Assembly (NCBI GenBank): GCA_046541715.1
Contig: JBKHCS010000001.1
Span: forward strand, 34,496-98,495
Source of the DNA: Spirochaetaceae bacterium
GTDB taxonomy: Bacteria; Spirochaetota; Spirochaetia; DSM-27196; PWMO01
DNA length: 64,000 nucleotides
Reading direction: 5' to 3'
The position numbers and the translations under genes are program-made. The notes under the pieces were generated by a model, which searched no databases, was not told the origin of the DNA, and saw nothing but the letters and a program-made list of their open reading frames with translations. Below, one piece after another: positions 1 to 9,915 of this stretch (positions are counted from its first letter, which is position 1; each line of letters begins with the position of its first letter).

Positions 1-726
1 GTTTCGGCCTCGGCAGTGGTAGAAAGTCAGGGGATCAACGACGTGTGGCGCGAGAACGTCGCACGGCAGCTCGGTATCGACGCCGAAGCAGTGTCGTTCA
101 TGCCCCTCGACACGGATCTCGTCCCCGACAGCGGCCCCTCCACGCTCTCTCGGAATCTGACCGTCATAACCCGCCTCTTGGATAACTGCGCGAAGGCGAT
201 TAACCGGCGTCGCTTCCACCACGGCCTCCCCCTGGAGGCAAGTAGAAGCTTTCGGACCGCCGAGTCCGCGACTGCACGGGACGCCGACCCACGGCACGAC
301 AGCGTCGCCGCCACGGTAGTGGAGGTCGAGCTCGATACGGCCACCTTGCGCTTCTCTATCCGTGGCGTCTGGATGGCGGTCCGGGCGGGCAAAGTCCTCC
401 GGCCCGACTACGCCAAGAGACAAACCGAGGTGGCCGTTCTCGACGCCCTGCGGTGGACAAGCGGCTCGATCACCCGTCAGAAGCGGGGCGAAGAATCCCC
501 GGCACCCTTCGGAGGCTTCCGGCACGCCCGGTCCGTTGCCGTGGAGGATATTTTCGTCGAGTTTCTCCCGGAGGACGACGAGACCAGACCCCGGGGTATC
601 GGAGAGCTTCCGTATCTGACGATCCCCGGGGCCGTGGCGGCGGCGGTAACGCAGGCTTCCAATCACTACGTCGACGCCATTCCCATTACGCCGGAGCTTC
701 TTCACGGCTACGAGGAATCGGAATGA
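1..726 (+). CDS. Xanthine dehydrogenase/aldehyde oxidoreductase-family molybdopterin-binding large subunit, C-terminal part (5' end outside window)
   Basis: Frame 1 is open from base 1 to TGA 724-726. The C-terminal GIGELPYLTIPGAVAAAV-type motif resembles the conserved C-terminus of CoxL/XdhA-family large subunits. An ATGA overlap leads into the 2Fe-2S and FAD subunit genes. Confidence 0.6.
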   Translation, partial: VSASAVVESQGINDVWRENVARQLGIDAEAVSFMPLDTDLVPDSGPSTLSRNLTVITRLLDNCAKAINRRRFHHGLPLEASRSFRTAESATARDADPRHDSVAATVVEVELDTATLRFSIRGVWMAVRAGKVLRPDYAKRQTEVAVLDALRWTSGSITRQKRGEESPAPFGGFRHARSVAVEDIFVEFLPEDDETRPRGIGELPYLTIPGAVAAAVTQASNHYVDAIPITPELLHGYEESE

Positions 727-1211
727 ACGTTTCGTTTACCTTAGACGGCAAGAAGCTCACCGTCTCGGTACCCGCCGAGATGCCCCTATCCCAACTCCTC
801 CGGGAGCATTCGGTAAGCTTTCGGCGCTTTGCCCCGTGCGGCTTCGGGGAATGCGGACTCTGCGTCGTCCTCTTCGATGACAAACCGACACTCTCCTGTC
901 TTTTGCCGATGTACCGGGTTGCCGGGGGTACCGTCGTAACGCCCCAGGGTCTTCTTGATTCGCCGAAGGTACGCCCTGCGGAGCTCGGTCTGGCCCGGGC
1001 GGGAATCGAGCCATGCGACGCCTGCGCCCCGGCTCTCCTGGTAACGATGGTGGCCCTCCTGTCGATTACGCCGACACCTTCGGACAAGGAACTCGAACGC
1101 TACGCCGCCTCCGTGAAGTGCGATTGTCTTCCCACCCATCGGCTCGCTCGGGGAATGCGTTTCGCCCTGGAGTTCGACCGGAAAAGGAGTCATGGTGCCC
1201 GGAGACCGTAA
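723..1211 (+). CDS. (2Fe-2S)-binding small subunit of XDH/CoxS family
   Basis: ATG 723 overlaps the upstream stop (ATGA). It has a C-x4-C-x2-C-x11-C pattern (CGFGECGLCVVLFDDKPTLSC) and a second Cys cluster (CDAC...CDC). Confidence 0.7.
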   Translation: MNVSFTLDGKKLTVSVPAEMPLSQLLREHSVSFRRFAPCGFGECGLCVVLFDDKPTLSCLLPMYRVAGGTVVTPQGLLDSPKVRPAELGLARAGIEPCDACAPALLVTMVALLSITPTPSDKELERYAASVKCDCLPTHRLARGMRFALEFDRKRSHGARRP

Positions 1212-2067
1212 TCTGACAGTATACCGTCCCAGAGGTCTCTCTACGGTGCTCCAGATGCTTCGCCGGGACCCGAGCACGCCGGTTGTTGCCGGGGCGACGT
1301 ATTTGACCCGGGAACGCCTTATCGGCGCGATCCCGGGAAACAAGCTCATCTCGATCCACGCGGTGGAAGAAATCACCAAGATAACCCGGAGCGAGCGGTT
1401 TATTGATTTCGGCGCCGCGGTTACCGTCCGGGAAATCCTGAGTCTCGGCGCTAAGGTGGTCGACTCCCCGCTTGTCGCGGCCTTGCAGAGCATCGGGTCG
1501 CCACCGGTGCAGTCCCTCGCGACGATCGGCGGCAATCTCTGCGCTCCGGACCGTACGTTGACCCTGGCTCCGGTACTCCAACTACTCGAGGCGCAGGTCG
1601 AGATCCGCCGGCAGGGCAATAGCCGGTGGATCCCGGTGGCCCGTCTTCGGGAAAAAGAGGGATCCCTTGCCCTCGAGGAGGGTGAGATCGTGACCCGGGT
1701 CCGGGTCCCCCTCGGAAACTGGGACCGGACCCTCTTCTGGCAGTCCGGGTCTCCGGGGAACAACGATTTGGACTACCACGCCGTCACCGCCGTCGCGCGG
1801 ACCGAAAAGCGCGTCGTGGAGGAAATCAGGTTCGTACTGGCCTTCGGACGATCCTCGGTGATCCGGGATCGGGAGCTCGAGGCGGAGTATGTCGGCCGAC
1901 GCCTCCCCCTCACATCGAAGGAACAGACCGGACTGCGCCGGGGCATCGAAGAGCTCCTCTACTCCGGTGTCGAGACCCCGTTGCCCCTTCAACGCTTCCG
2001 GGCAATTAGGCTCATTCAACGCTTTATGGGGTACCTCGGAGCCGCGGATCCAACTGAGAAATCTTGA
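1192..2067 (+). CDS. FAD-binding subunit of molybdopterin dehydrogenase (CoxM/XdhB-like)
   Basis: 291 aa. N-terminal pattern (YRPRGLSTVLQML...VVAGATYL) and later ATIGGNL motif are typical of the FAD_binding_5 family. It is third in an L-S-M gene order. Confidence 0.65.
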   Translation: MVPGDRNLTVYRPRGLSTVLQMLRRDPSTPVVAGATYLTRERLIGAIPGNKLISIHAVEEITKITRSERFIDFGAAVTVREILSLGAKVVDSPLVAALQSIGSPPVQSLATIGGNLCAPDRTLTLAPVLQLLEAQVEIRRQGNSRWIPVARLREKEGSLALEEGEIVTRVRVPLGNWDRTLFWQSGSPGNNDLDYHAVTAVARTEKRVVEEIRFVLAFGRSSVIRDRELEAEYVGRRLPLTSKEQTGLRRGIEELLYSGVETPLPLQRFRAIRLIQRFMGYLGAADPTEKS

Positions 2068-2110
2068 ACCAGACGGCCCGGCAAGATATAGTGAGGCCGG
2101 GAGGGCTCCG

Positions 2111-5100
2111 GTGGACTTCGTCCATCTTCATACACATTCCGACTACAGCCTGCTGCGATCCGCGGCAAAGGTAACGTCTCTCGTCTCCCGGGCCAAAGAG
2201 CTCGGCATGACCCATCTTGCCCTGACCGACGAGGGCAATATGTTCGGGGCGCTCGAGTTCTACAAGGCGTGTAGGAATGCCGGCATCGTACCGATCGTCG
2301 GGTGTGACTTCTTCCTGGCCCCCGGCTCCCGCCACGAAAAGACGAGCCAAGAGAGCGGCAACCGGTACGCCAGGATCGTCCTCTTGGCTCGAAACGCCGA
2401 AGGATACCGCAACCTCCTTATCCTTTCGTCGGCGGGATACACCGAAGGCTTCTACTACCGACCCCGGATAGACCGGGAGCTTCTCGAGGCCCACGCCGGT
2501 GGTCTAATCGCCTTGAGCGGCGGCATCTCCGGGGAAATTCCCCTGCTAATCAGACGAAACCGGCTCGGGGAGGCCGAGGAGCTCGCCCGACACTACCAAG
2601 AGCTCTACGGCCCCGGAGGCTTCTACCTGGAGCTCCAGGACCACGGTCTCGTGGAGGAGCGGACCGTCAACGAGGGGCTCCGCGCCATTCACGAGGCCAC
2701 CGGGATTCCCTTGGTCGCGGCAAACGAGCTGTTCTACGTCCACCGGGAGGACGCCCCGGCGCAGGACGTGTTGATGTGTATCGGCTCCAACCGCAAACGG
2801 GACGACACCGACCGGTTCCGATTCTCCACCGACGAGTTCTACCTGAAGACCGGCGAGGAGATGGCGGCTCTCTTTCCCGACCTACCCGAGGCACTATCCA
2901 ACACCCGGGTGATCGCCGAGAGCTGCACTCTCGAGATAGACCTTCCGGGACCCCGGTTTCCCGACTATCAGATACCCGAGGAGTTCGACTCCCCCGACAG
3001 CTATCTCCGGCATCTCGCCCGGGAAGGCCTCGGGAAACGCTATCCCGATGTTACCCCGGAGCTCGAAGAGCGGCTTATCTTCGAGCTCGACACCATCATC
3101 TCGATGGGGTTTACCGGTTACTTCCTGATCGTCTGGGACTTTATCGCATTTGCCCGGTCGAAGGGTATTCCGGTCGGCCCGGGGCGGGGCTCCGGCGCCG
3201 GCTCCTTGGTCGCCTACTCCCTCCAGATTACCGATATCGATCCCCTCAAGTACGGCCTGCTCTTTGAGCGCTTCCTGAACCCGGACCGGGTGTCGATGCC
3301 CGACTTCGACATCGACTTTTGCTTCGAGCGCCGGGGAGAGGTTATCGATTACGTTACGCGGAAGTACGGCGACGACCGGGTGGGGCAGATCATCACCTTT
3401 GGAACCCTGAAGGCGAAGGCCGTTATCCGGGATGTGGCCCGTGTTCTCGACATCCCATACGCCGAAGCGGACACCATCGCCAAGCTCGTACCTCTCGGGA
3501 CGAAGACCCTCGAAGACGCTGTTGCCGCCGAGCCGGAGCTTCGGGAAATCTACGACAAGGGCGGTGTCTACGCAGAGCTCATCGACATCAGCAAAAAGCT
3601 CGAGGGTCTCCATCGTCACGCCTCTACCCACGCTGCGGGTATCGTCATCGGACAGAACCCCCTGGTCGAATACGTCCCCCTCTACCGGGACCCGAAGACC
3701 GGCTCTATATCGACCCAGTACACCATGGACCAGCTCGAAGACTGCGGGCTGGTCAAGATGGACTTCCTCGGGCTCAAGACGCTGACCCTTATCGAGAATA
3801 CCGAGAAGCTTATTCGCCGACGCGACGACGAGTTCCGGATCGAGTCGGTCTCCGAGGAAGACAAGGCGACCTTCGAGCTTCTCGGTCAAGGCAAGAGCGC
3901 CGCGATCTTTCAGTTCGAGAGCCAGGGGATGCAGGGCATTCTTACCCGGGCGAAACCCGCCCGGATCGAGGACCTTATCGCGCTCAATGCGCTCTACCGC
4001 CCCGGGCCGATGGAGAACATCGATCAATTCGTCGACTCAAAGCAGGGCCGGAGCGCGATCCGGTACCCCCTTCCGGCCCTCGAAAAGGTGCTTAAGGAAA
4101 CCTACGGCGTCATCGTCTACCAAGAGCAGGTCATGGAGATTGTCCGGATAGTCGCCGGCTTTTCGCTAGGACAAGCGGACATACTGCGCCGGGCGATGGG
4201 CAAAAAGAAACTCGACGCCATGGCCAAGATGAAGCAGGACTTTCACGAGGGCGCCCGGAACAACGGCTATACGGCAAAGCAGGCGGAAGAGATCTTCGAG
4301 TTGCTTCTGCCCTTCGCAGGGTATGGATTCAACAAGTCTCACGCCGCAGCATACTCGATCCTCGCCTACAAGACCGCCTACCTCAAGGCAAACTTTCCCG
4401 TCGAGTTTATGGCGGCCAACCTTACCAACGAAATAAACGACCCGAAGAAGTTCGCCGCCTACATGGAAGAGGCGCGGTCGATGGGGATCCGGATCTTACC
4501 GCCGGACATAAACCTAAGCGACCGCACCTTCAGCGTCGCCGACAACGCTATCGTCTACGGCCTTATCGGCATCCGGAACGTCGGCTCCGCCGCAGTCGAC
4601 GAGATCTTGCGGGTCCGGCAAGAGCTCGGCGAGTACGCTTCTTTCCAGCACTTTCTCGAGTCGATCGATCTGCGGGTCGTGAACCGCAAGGTCGTCGAAG
4701 TGCTGATCCACTCCGGTCTCTTCGACCGTTTCGGCCAAAACCGGGCGACCCTGGCGCACAACCTGGATTCCTTTATGGAAATCGCCCTCCGCCGCCGGGA
4801 GAACAAACGTGTCGGCCAGGCTTCCCTCTTCGGCCGGCAGGAAGAGGACGCCATGGTCTCGATCGTTATCGAGGAAGTTCCGGACCTTCCGGCTATAGAG
4901 CGATTGCAGCTCGAGCGGGAGAATCTCGGGTTCTACTTTTCGGGCCACCCCTTGGATGACTACCGGAAGGCCTGGGAGAGCTCGGCGACCCTGAACTTGG
5001 AGCACCTCGAGAGTGCGATACCCGACAAGAGCTACACCCTCTTGGGGCTCCTCAAGTCGGTCCGGGTCATTCAGACTCGAAAAGGCGGCAATATGGCTTT

Positions 5101-5521
5101 CGGCGTTCTCGAAGACTTTAGAGGCTCGGTCGAGCTCGTCTTCTTCGACGAAGCCTACCAGACCCACCGGGACGCCTTGGTGGAAGGCGCGATTGTCGGC
5201 ATTATCGGAAACCTCGAAGAGCGTCGGGGTCGGCGTCAGATTATCGTTCAGGAGGTTCGGCCCCCGGGCCGGCTCGACGAACGGGAGGCCCGGGAAGTCC
5301 ATATCCGGCTCCGGGGATCCCTTACCGAGGGAGAGAACCTCTACCAGCTTCGAGCCCTCCTCTTTGACCGGCAGGGCCCCTGTCCGGTATACCTACATGT
5401 CGGCTCCAACGGGGGAGAGTCAATTATCGAAGCCTCGTCTCAGATAAGGATCTCGTCTCGGAAAGAGACCCTCGACGAAATCCGACGACAAGCCGTCGTC
5501 GCCGACGTCTGGCGGAGCTGA
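2111..5521 (+). CDS. dnaE: DNA polymerase III alpha subunit
   Basis: PHP motif FVHLHTHSDYS sits at the N-terminus and the pol III alpha core runs the full length. Start set at GTG 2111, preceded by GGGAGGG. The ORF-track start at 1889 would overlap the previous gene by 179 nt. Confidence 0.93.
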   Translation: MDFVHLHTHSDYSLLRSAAKVTSLVSRAKELGMTHLALTDEGNMFGALEFYKACRNAGIVPIVGCDFFLAPGSRHEKTSQESGNRYARIVLLARNAEGYRNLLILSSAGYTEGFYYRPRIDRELLEAHAGGLIALSGGISGEIPLLIRRNRLGEAEELARHYQELYGPGGFYLELQDHGLVEERTVNEGLRAIHEATGIPLVAANELFYVHREDAPAQDVLMCIGSNRKRDDTDRFRFSTDEFYLKTGEEMAALFPDLPEALSNTRVIAESCTLEIDLPGPRFPDYQIPEEFDSPDSYLRHLAREGLGKRYPDVTPELEERLIFELDTIISMGFTGYFLIVWDFIAFARSKGIPVGPGRGSGAGSLVAYSLQITDIDPLKYGLLFERFLNPDRVSMPDFDIDFCFERRGEVIDYVTRKYGDDRVGQIITFGTLKAKAVIRDVARVLDIPYAEADTIAKLVPLGTKTLEDAVAAEPELREIYDKGGVYAELIDISKKLEGLHRHASTHAAGIVIGQNPLVEYVPLYRDPKTGSISTQYTMDQLEDCGLVKMDFLGLKTLTLIENTEKLIRRRDDEFRIESVSEEDKATFELLGQGKSAAIFQFESQGMQGILTRAKPARIEDLIALNALYRPGPMENIDQFVDSKQGRSAIRYPLPALEKVLKETYGVIVYQEQVMEIVRIVAGFSLGQADILRRAMGKKKLDAMAKMKQDFHEGARNNGYTAKQAEEIFELLLPFAGYGFNKSHAAAYSILAYKTAYLKANFPVEFMAANLTNEINDPKKFAAYMEEARSMGIRILPPDINLSDRTFSVADNAIVYGLIGIRNVGSAAVDEILRVRQELGEYASFQHFLESIDLRVVNRKVVEVLIHSGLFDRFGQNRATLAHNLDSFMEIALRRRENKRVGQASLFGRQEEDAMVSIVIEEVPDLPAIERLQLERENLGFYFSGHPLDDYRKAWESSATLNLEHLESAIPDKSYTLLGLLKSVRVIQTRKGGNMAFGVLEDFRGSVELVFFDEAYQTHRDALVEGAIVGIIGNLEERRGRRQIIVQEVRPPGRLDEREAREVHIRLRGSLTEGENLYQLRALLFDRQGPCPVYLHVGSNGGESIIEASSQIRISSRKETLDEIRRQAVVADVWRS

Positions 5522-5538
5522 CCAACGGAGGAACATGG

Positions 5539-6129
5539 ATGCTACAACCGGTAATGCGCTTTCTCGGCGCGGCGATATCTATCTATATGGTGATTATTTT
5601 GGTCCGCATCGTGATGACCTGGTTTCCCGGGGCGGTCTACGGACGGACCTTCGAGATTCTACAGAGGATAACCGACCCTTATCTGAACCTCTTTCGGGGA
5701 GCCCGGTTCCTTCGAATAGGTTACGTCGACTTCAGCCCTTTGGCGGCTATCATACTCCTGTCGGTCCTGAACAATGTCGTAACGACCATCGGCTACACCG
5801 GGAAGGTCTCCCTTGGGTTCGTTCTGGCGACGGTGGTCTCGGCGATTGCGTCGGCAATCTCTTTCTTTCTGACGCTCTTCTTGATACTCACGGCGATTCG
5901 ACTTCTGGGTACCTTTATTCAGAGTGACTCCTTCGGCCAATTCTGGATGACCCTCGACCGCCTTCTCGAGCCGATGAGCTATCGCCTCTCGCGGTCGATC
6001 ATCCGAGACCGCGAGCTTTCCTACCGTATGGCTCTGACCACGATGGGAGTGAGCATTCTTATCGTTCTGTTCGTCGGCGGCCTTCTCTTGGATTTCCTCA
6101 TTCCCGCCCTCGCAGCCCTCCCGATCTAG
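5539..6129 (+). CDS. YggT-family integral membrane protein
   Basis: 196 aa and multi-TM. The N-terminal pattern (IYMVIILVRIVMTWFP...ITDPYLNLFR) is characteristic of YggT/Ycf19. GGAGG lies 7 nt upstream. Confidence 0.6.
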   Translation: MLQPVMRFLGAAISIYMVIILVRIVMTWFPGAVYGRTFEILQRITDPYLNLFRGARFLRIGYVDFSPLAAIILLSVLNNVVTTIGYTGKVSLGFVLATVVSAIASAISFFLTLFLILTAIRLLGTFIQSDSFGQFWMTLDRLLEPMSYRLSRSIIRDRELSYRMALTTMGVSILIVLFVGGLLLDFLIPALAALPI

Positions 6130-6142
6130 GGCTTGCCGTGCC

Positions 6143-8251
6143 GTGTATCTCTCGGAGCTAACCGAACCGGTATCGACCCTGCCGGGAATCGGGGGGCGGA
6201 CCGCCGAGATACTCGCGGGACTCGGCGTCCGGACCGTCGCCGATCTTCTGACCTATGTGCCCCGATCCTTTGAGGATCGCCTGACGCACCGGAGCTTTGC
6301 CGATGCCATCCCGCAAGGATGGGTCAACACCGTAGCGGAGGTTGTCGCACACGACTACGTCGGGCGGAAGGGCGTTCTCAAGATCTACGTCCGGGATTCC
6401 ACCGGCGTGGCGGCGCTGATGTGCTTTAACCGGAACTTTCTGAAGGCGAAGCTACCGCCGGGCGTCCGGATTCGCCTCGCGGGCCGTTTTTCCCGGCGCT
6501 TCGGCGATCTCCAGAGCAGCAGCTTCGACTTCGAGCCGGTGGATGTCGAAAGCGGACGGTTCGGGCGCTTCGTACCCATCTATCCCCTGACCGAAGGACT
6601 CGCCAATACGAGAATAGTCACGGCTACGGCGGCGGCATTGGAGAAGTATGCACCCCGGATCGACGACGAGGTGCCCCGGGAGCTCCTGGAATCTCGAAGC
6701 CTTCTGCCCAAGGCCGAAGCCCTCAGAAAGCTCCACGGGCCTCGGAGCCTCGAGGAGGCAGAAGACGGCCGTAGACGATTAGCCTACGACGAGCTTTTGC
6801 TCCTCCAGCTTAGCCTCGCACGGCATCGCCTGAACCGCGGGCACGACGGGGCCAAGAAGAGCCGGCGTCTTCCCCGGTCTCTCACGGGGCGGCTCCTCTC
6901 GGAGCTTCCCTTTCGCCTGACGCCGGACCAGACGACGGCCCTCGAAGAGATTATCGGCGATCTGCAGGCGCCGCTTCCAATGTCCCGGCTTCTCCAAGGG
7001 GACGTGGGTTCCGGAAAGACGATCGTTGCCCTACTCTCGACCCTGCCCTACATCGAAATCGGCTATCAAAGCGTGCTCATGGCCCCGACGGAGCTCCTCG
7101 CCCGGCAGCACGCCGAGAAGGCCGCCGAGCTCTTCGGCCCCCTCGGAGTCGAAGTGGCCTTCCTGAGTAGCAGTGTCGAGTCGGCCGGCCGCCGGGAACT
7201 CTTAAAGGCCATCGCCGCCGGCCGAGCGCAGCTGGTCGTCGGAACCCACGCGCTCTTTTCCGAGGGGGTCGAGTACAAGGAGCTGCGGTACGTCATCGTC
7301 GACGAGCAGCAACGGTTCGGCGTAATGCAGCGCCGTGCCCTCTTGTCGAAGGCCGCCGAGCCGGACCTCTTGATGATGACCGCGACCCCGATACCCCGGA
7401 CCCTCGCGATGACGGTCTTCGGCGACATGAACGTCTCGGCAATACGGTCTATGCCTCCCGGGCGCCGTCCGGTCGAGACGCACCTAACGCGCCTCGGCAA
7501 CGAGTCGAAGGTTTACGAACGGGTCCGACGGGAGCTCGAGACCGGACGGCAGGCGTATTTCGTCTATCCACTTATCGAGCAGACGCAGCAGTCGGAATTG
7601 CGGAATGCAGAAGAGATGGCCGCCTACCTGTCGAAAAATGTCTATCCGAAGCACACCGTCGGCCTGATCCACTCCCGCCTCGACGAGGCGGAGAAGGAGC
7701 GCACGATGGAGGCGTTCTACCGGGGAGAGCTTGCCGTTCTGGTGGCGACCAGCGTCGTCGAGGTCGGCGTAGATGTTCCGAACGCGACGTGTATGGTCGT
7801 CGAGCACGCCGAGCGGTTCGGCCTTTCGGCGCTCCACCAGCTCCGGGGCCGGGTCGGCCGGGGTACCGAGCAGTCCTACGCCTTTCTGATCTACGCCGAA
7901 CCGCTGACCCCGGAGGCGAAGGAGCGGTTGAAGGTGATGCACCGGGAGAGCGACGGTTACGTTATTGCCGAGGAGGACCTGCGGATCCGGGGTCCCGGAG
8001 ACGTCGCCGGCCTTCGGCAGTCGGGGTTTCTCAGGTTCCGCGTCGCCGACGTCGCGACGGACCTCGAGTTGATGAACCAATCCCGGCAGGACGCCTTCGC
8101 CCTCTTGGAGGCGGACCCGGGACTTATCGAGCTCCCCCACCAGGGATTGAGAAAGGTTCTCCTCTCCGCCGAGGGCGACTCCCCGGGAGAGTCCACCGGA
8201 GGTGCGACTCCGGGGACCGGGAAGAGACCCCCTTTGGGGAGCACACCGTGA
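6143..8251 (+). CDS. recG: ATP-dependent DNA helicase RecG
   Basis: 702 aa with helicase motifs GDVGSGKT, DEQQRFGV and QLRGRVGRG. GTG start. Confidence 0.9.
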   Translation: MYLSELTEPVSTLPGIGGRTAEILAGLGVRTVADLLTYVPRSFEDRLTHRSFADAIPQGWVNTVAEVVAHDYVGRKGVLKIYVRDSTGVAALMCFNRNFLKAKLPPGVRIRLAGRFSRRFGDLQSSSFDFEPVDVESGRFGRFVPIYPLTEGLANTRIVTATAAALEKYAPRIDDEVPRELLESRSLLPKAEALRKLHGPRSLEEAEDGRRRLAYDELLLLQLSLARHRLNRGHDGAKKSRRLPRSLTGRLLSELPFRLTPDQTTALEEIIGDLQAPLPMSRLLQGDVGSGKTIVALLSTLPYIEIGYQSVLMAPTELLARQHAEKAAELFGPLGVEVAFLSSSVESAGRRELLKAIAAGRAQLVVGTHALFSEGVEYKELRYVIVDEQQRFGVMQRRALLSKAAEPDLLMMTATPIPRTLAMTVFGDMNVSAIRSMPPGRRPVETHLTRLGNESKVYERVRRELETGRQAYFVYPLIEQTQQSELRNAEEMAAYLSKNVYPKHTVGLIHSRLDEAEKERTMEAFYRGELAVLVATSVVEVGVDVPNATCMVVEHAERFGLSALHQLRGRVGRGTEQSYAFLIYAEPLTPEAKERLKVMHRESDGYVIAEEDLRIRGPGDVAGLRQSGFLRFRVADVATDLELMNQSRQDAFALLEADPGLIELPHQGLRKVLLSAEGDSPGESTGGATPGTGKRPPLGSTP

Positions 8252-8781
8252 GGATAACCGGAGGCCGTTACGCGGGTATAACCTTTTCCGTGCCGCCGGG
8301 GGAGATTCGCCCGGCGATGGACCGGATGAGGGAGTCCCTCTTCGGTTCCCTCGGCGACCTAACCGGCGCCGTGGTCTTAGACCTCTTCTCCGGCTCCGGC
8401 TCCATGTCCCTCGAGGCGGCCTCTCGAGGGGCCGCCTCGGTAACGGCCGTCGAGCGCGACCGGAAGAAGATTCCGATTCTCAAAAGTAATCTCTCGCTGG
8501 TGGAGACTCCCTGGACCGTTATCCCGTGGCCCGCAGAGCGTTTTCTGCTCCGGGGGCAAGGTCGTTTCGACATCGCCTTCTTGGATCCTCCCTTCCGTTA
8601 CCCTCATAAGGCGGATCTCCTGCGGCGCCTCGACAAATCCGGTCTCTTGGTCCCCGGCTCCCTGGTCGTTCTCCACTGTCCCCGGGAGGATCGCCTCGAG
8701 GGCCTCCCGGAGGCGCTTCCGGAGACGGGATTTGCCCGTTACGGCCGATCGGTGGTCTATCGCTTCACGAAGAAGGGGTGA
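8248..8781 (+). CDS. rsmD: 16S rRNA (guanine966-N2)-methyltransferase RsmD
   Basis: GTG 8248 overlaps the recG stop (GTGA). Motifs are RPAMDRMRESLF, LDLFSGSGSMSLEAASRGA and LDPPF. The longer ORF-track version overlaps recG. Confidence 0.8.
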   Translation: MRITGGRYAGITFSVPPGEIRPAMDRMRESLFGSLGDLTGAVVLDLFSGSGSMSLEAASRGAASVTAVERDRKKIPILKSNLSLVETPWTVIPWPAERFLLRGQGRFDIAFLDPPFRYPHKADLLRRLDKSGLLVPGSLVVLHCPREDRLEGLPEALPETGFARYGRSVVYRFTKKG

Positions 8782-8814
8782 GTCTGCTACAGTCACGGGG
8801 TTTAAGGAATTCTC

Positions 8815-9915
8815 ATGAAGAATGATATTCGCACGCGGCTCCAGATTCCCCAGGGCACCGAAGCCTTCTATGTCGACGAGGCGCGTCGGCACCATCTTCT
8901 CCGGAACCGCCTCGCCGAGCGCTTTCGGCTCTGGGGCTACCTTCCGGTTCAGACCCCGGTTATGGACTTCTACGACGTCTACCGGGATCTTCTCGGGGAA
9001 CGGGACGCCCGGGCAATCTACCGTCTGGTCGACCGGGAGGGCGATCTTCTGATGCTCCGCTCCGATGTCACCCTCTTTCTTGCGAAACAGATGGGGTTGA
9101 TCCTCCGGCCCGAGGACCTCCCCATTCGCGTCTGGTATTCGGATACGATCTTGCGACACCAGGACCCCGACGACATCAGCAGGAACGAGTTTCACCAGAG
9201 TGGGGTCGAGCTTATCGGGCTTACCGGTCAGGAAGCGGAGCTCGAAGTCATGGCGCTGCTCTCGGAGATTCTTCGGAACGAGAGCCCGTCGACCTTCTTT
9301 CTCCACGTCGGGAGTCGAAGACTGATAAACCTACTCTGTCCCGCCGGGGACCCGCGGCACACCCTTATCCGGGCGTTGGCCTTCCGGGATGTGCCGAAGA
9401 TTGTCGAGAGCCTCCGGCAAGGGGGGCACGATGCCTCCGCGGCGGACAGACTCGCCCGGCTGCTCCTCTTTATCGGATCGCCGGAGGAAGCCCGGGGCCT
9501 CCGGAAGCAGTTGACGTTGATGGACTCCCGGCACGATGCCGCTTTCGCCGAGGTGGAGGCCGTCGCCGCGGCGGTGTCGTCCCTCGCCGCGGTCGGTCAC
9601 CCCCAGGGGCGCGTCGATTTCTCCGAGGTTGCTTCGCAGCCGTACTATTCGGGTATCGTCTTCCAGGTCTACCTGGAGGGACTCGATGCACCGGTGGCCT
9701 CCGGAGGCCGGTACGACGGTCTCCTCGGATTCTTTGGTTCTGATGCCCCGAGCGTCGGGTTCTCCATCATGCTTCGAAAGCTCGAGGCGCGGTTAGCCGC
9801 GGATGCGTCTCCGACCCCTCCGGAGGCGGCCGTGAAGGCTTCCGGGGACGACTTCTCCGCCCGGTATCGGGACGCGGAAAGAAAGCGCAGCGCCGGCGAG
9901 GTAACCGTTCTATGA
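8815..9915 (+). CDS. hisZ: ATP phosphoribosyltransferase regulatory subunit HisZ
   Basis: 366 aa, HisRS-like fold without an anticodon domain. ATGA coupling to the short-form hisG downstream. Confidence 0.8.
   Translation: MKNDIRTRLQIPQGTEAFYVDEARRHHLLRNRLAERFRLWGYLPVQTPVMDFYDVYRDLLGERDARAIYRLVDREGDLLMLRSDVTLFLAKQMGLILRPEDLPIRVWYSDTILRHQDPDDISRNEFHQSGVELIGLTGQEAELEVMALLSEILRNESPSTFFLHVGSRRLINLLCPAGDPRHTLIRALAFRDVPKIVESLRQGGHDASAADRLARLLLFIGSPEEARGLRKQLTLMDSRHDAAFAEVEAVAAAVSSLAAVGHPQGRVDFSEVASQPYYSGIVFQVYLEGLDAPVASGGRYDGLLGFFGSDAPSVGFSIMLRKLEARLAADASPTPPEAAVKASGDDFSARYRDAERKRSAGEVTVL

Noticed and set aside
1889-2110. 74-codon N-terminal extension of dnaE
   Set aside because: It overlaps the FAD-subunit gene by 179 nt. 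The conserved PHP motif begins 3 residues after GTG 2111, which has its own GGGAGGG SD.
5535-5927. 130-aa ORF starting 4 nt upstream of yggT in another frame
   Set aside because: It overlaps the YggT frame, which has clear TM periodicity and family motifs. The alternative frame gives an Arg/Gly/Pro-rich product.
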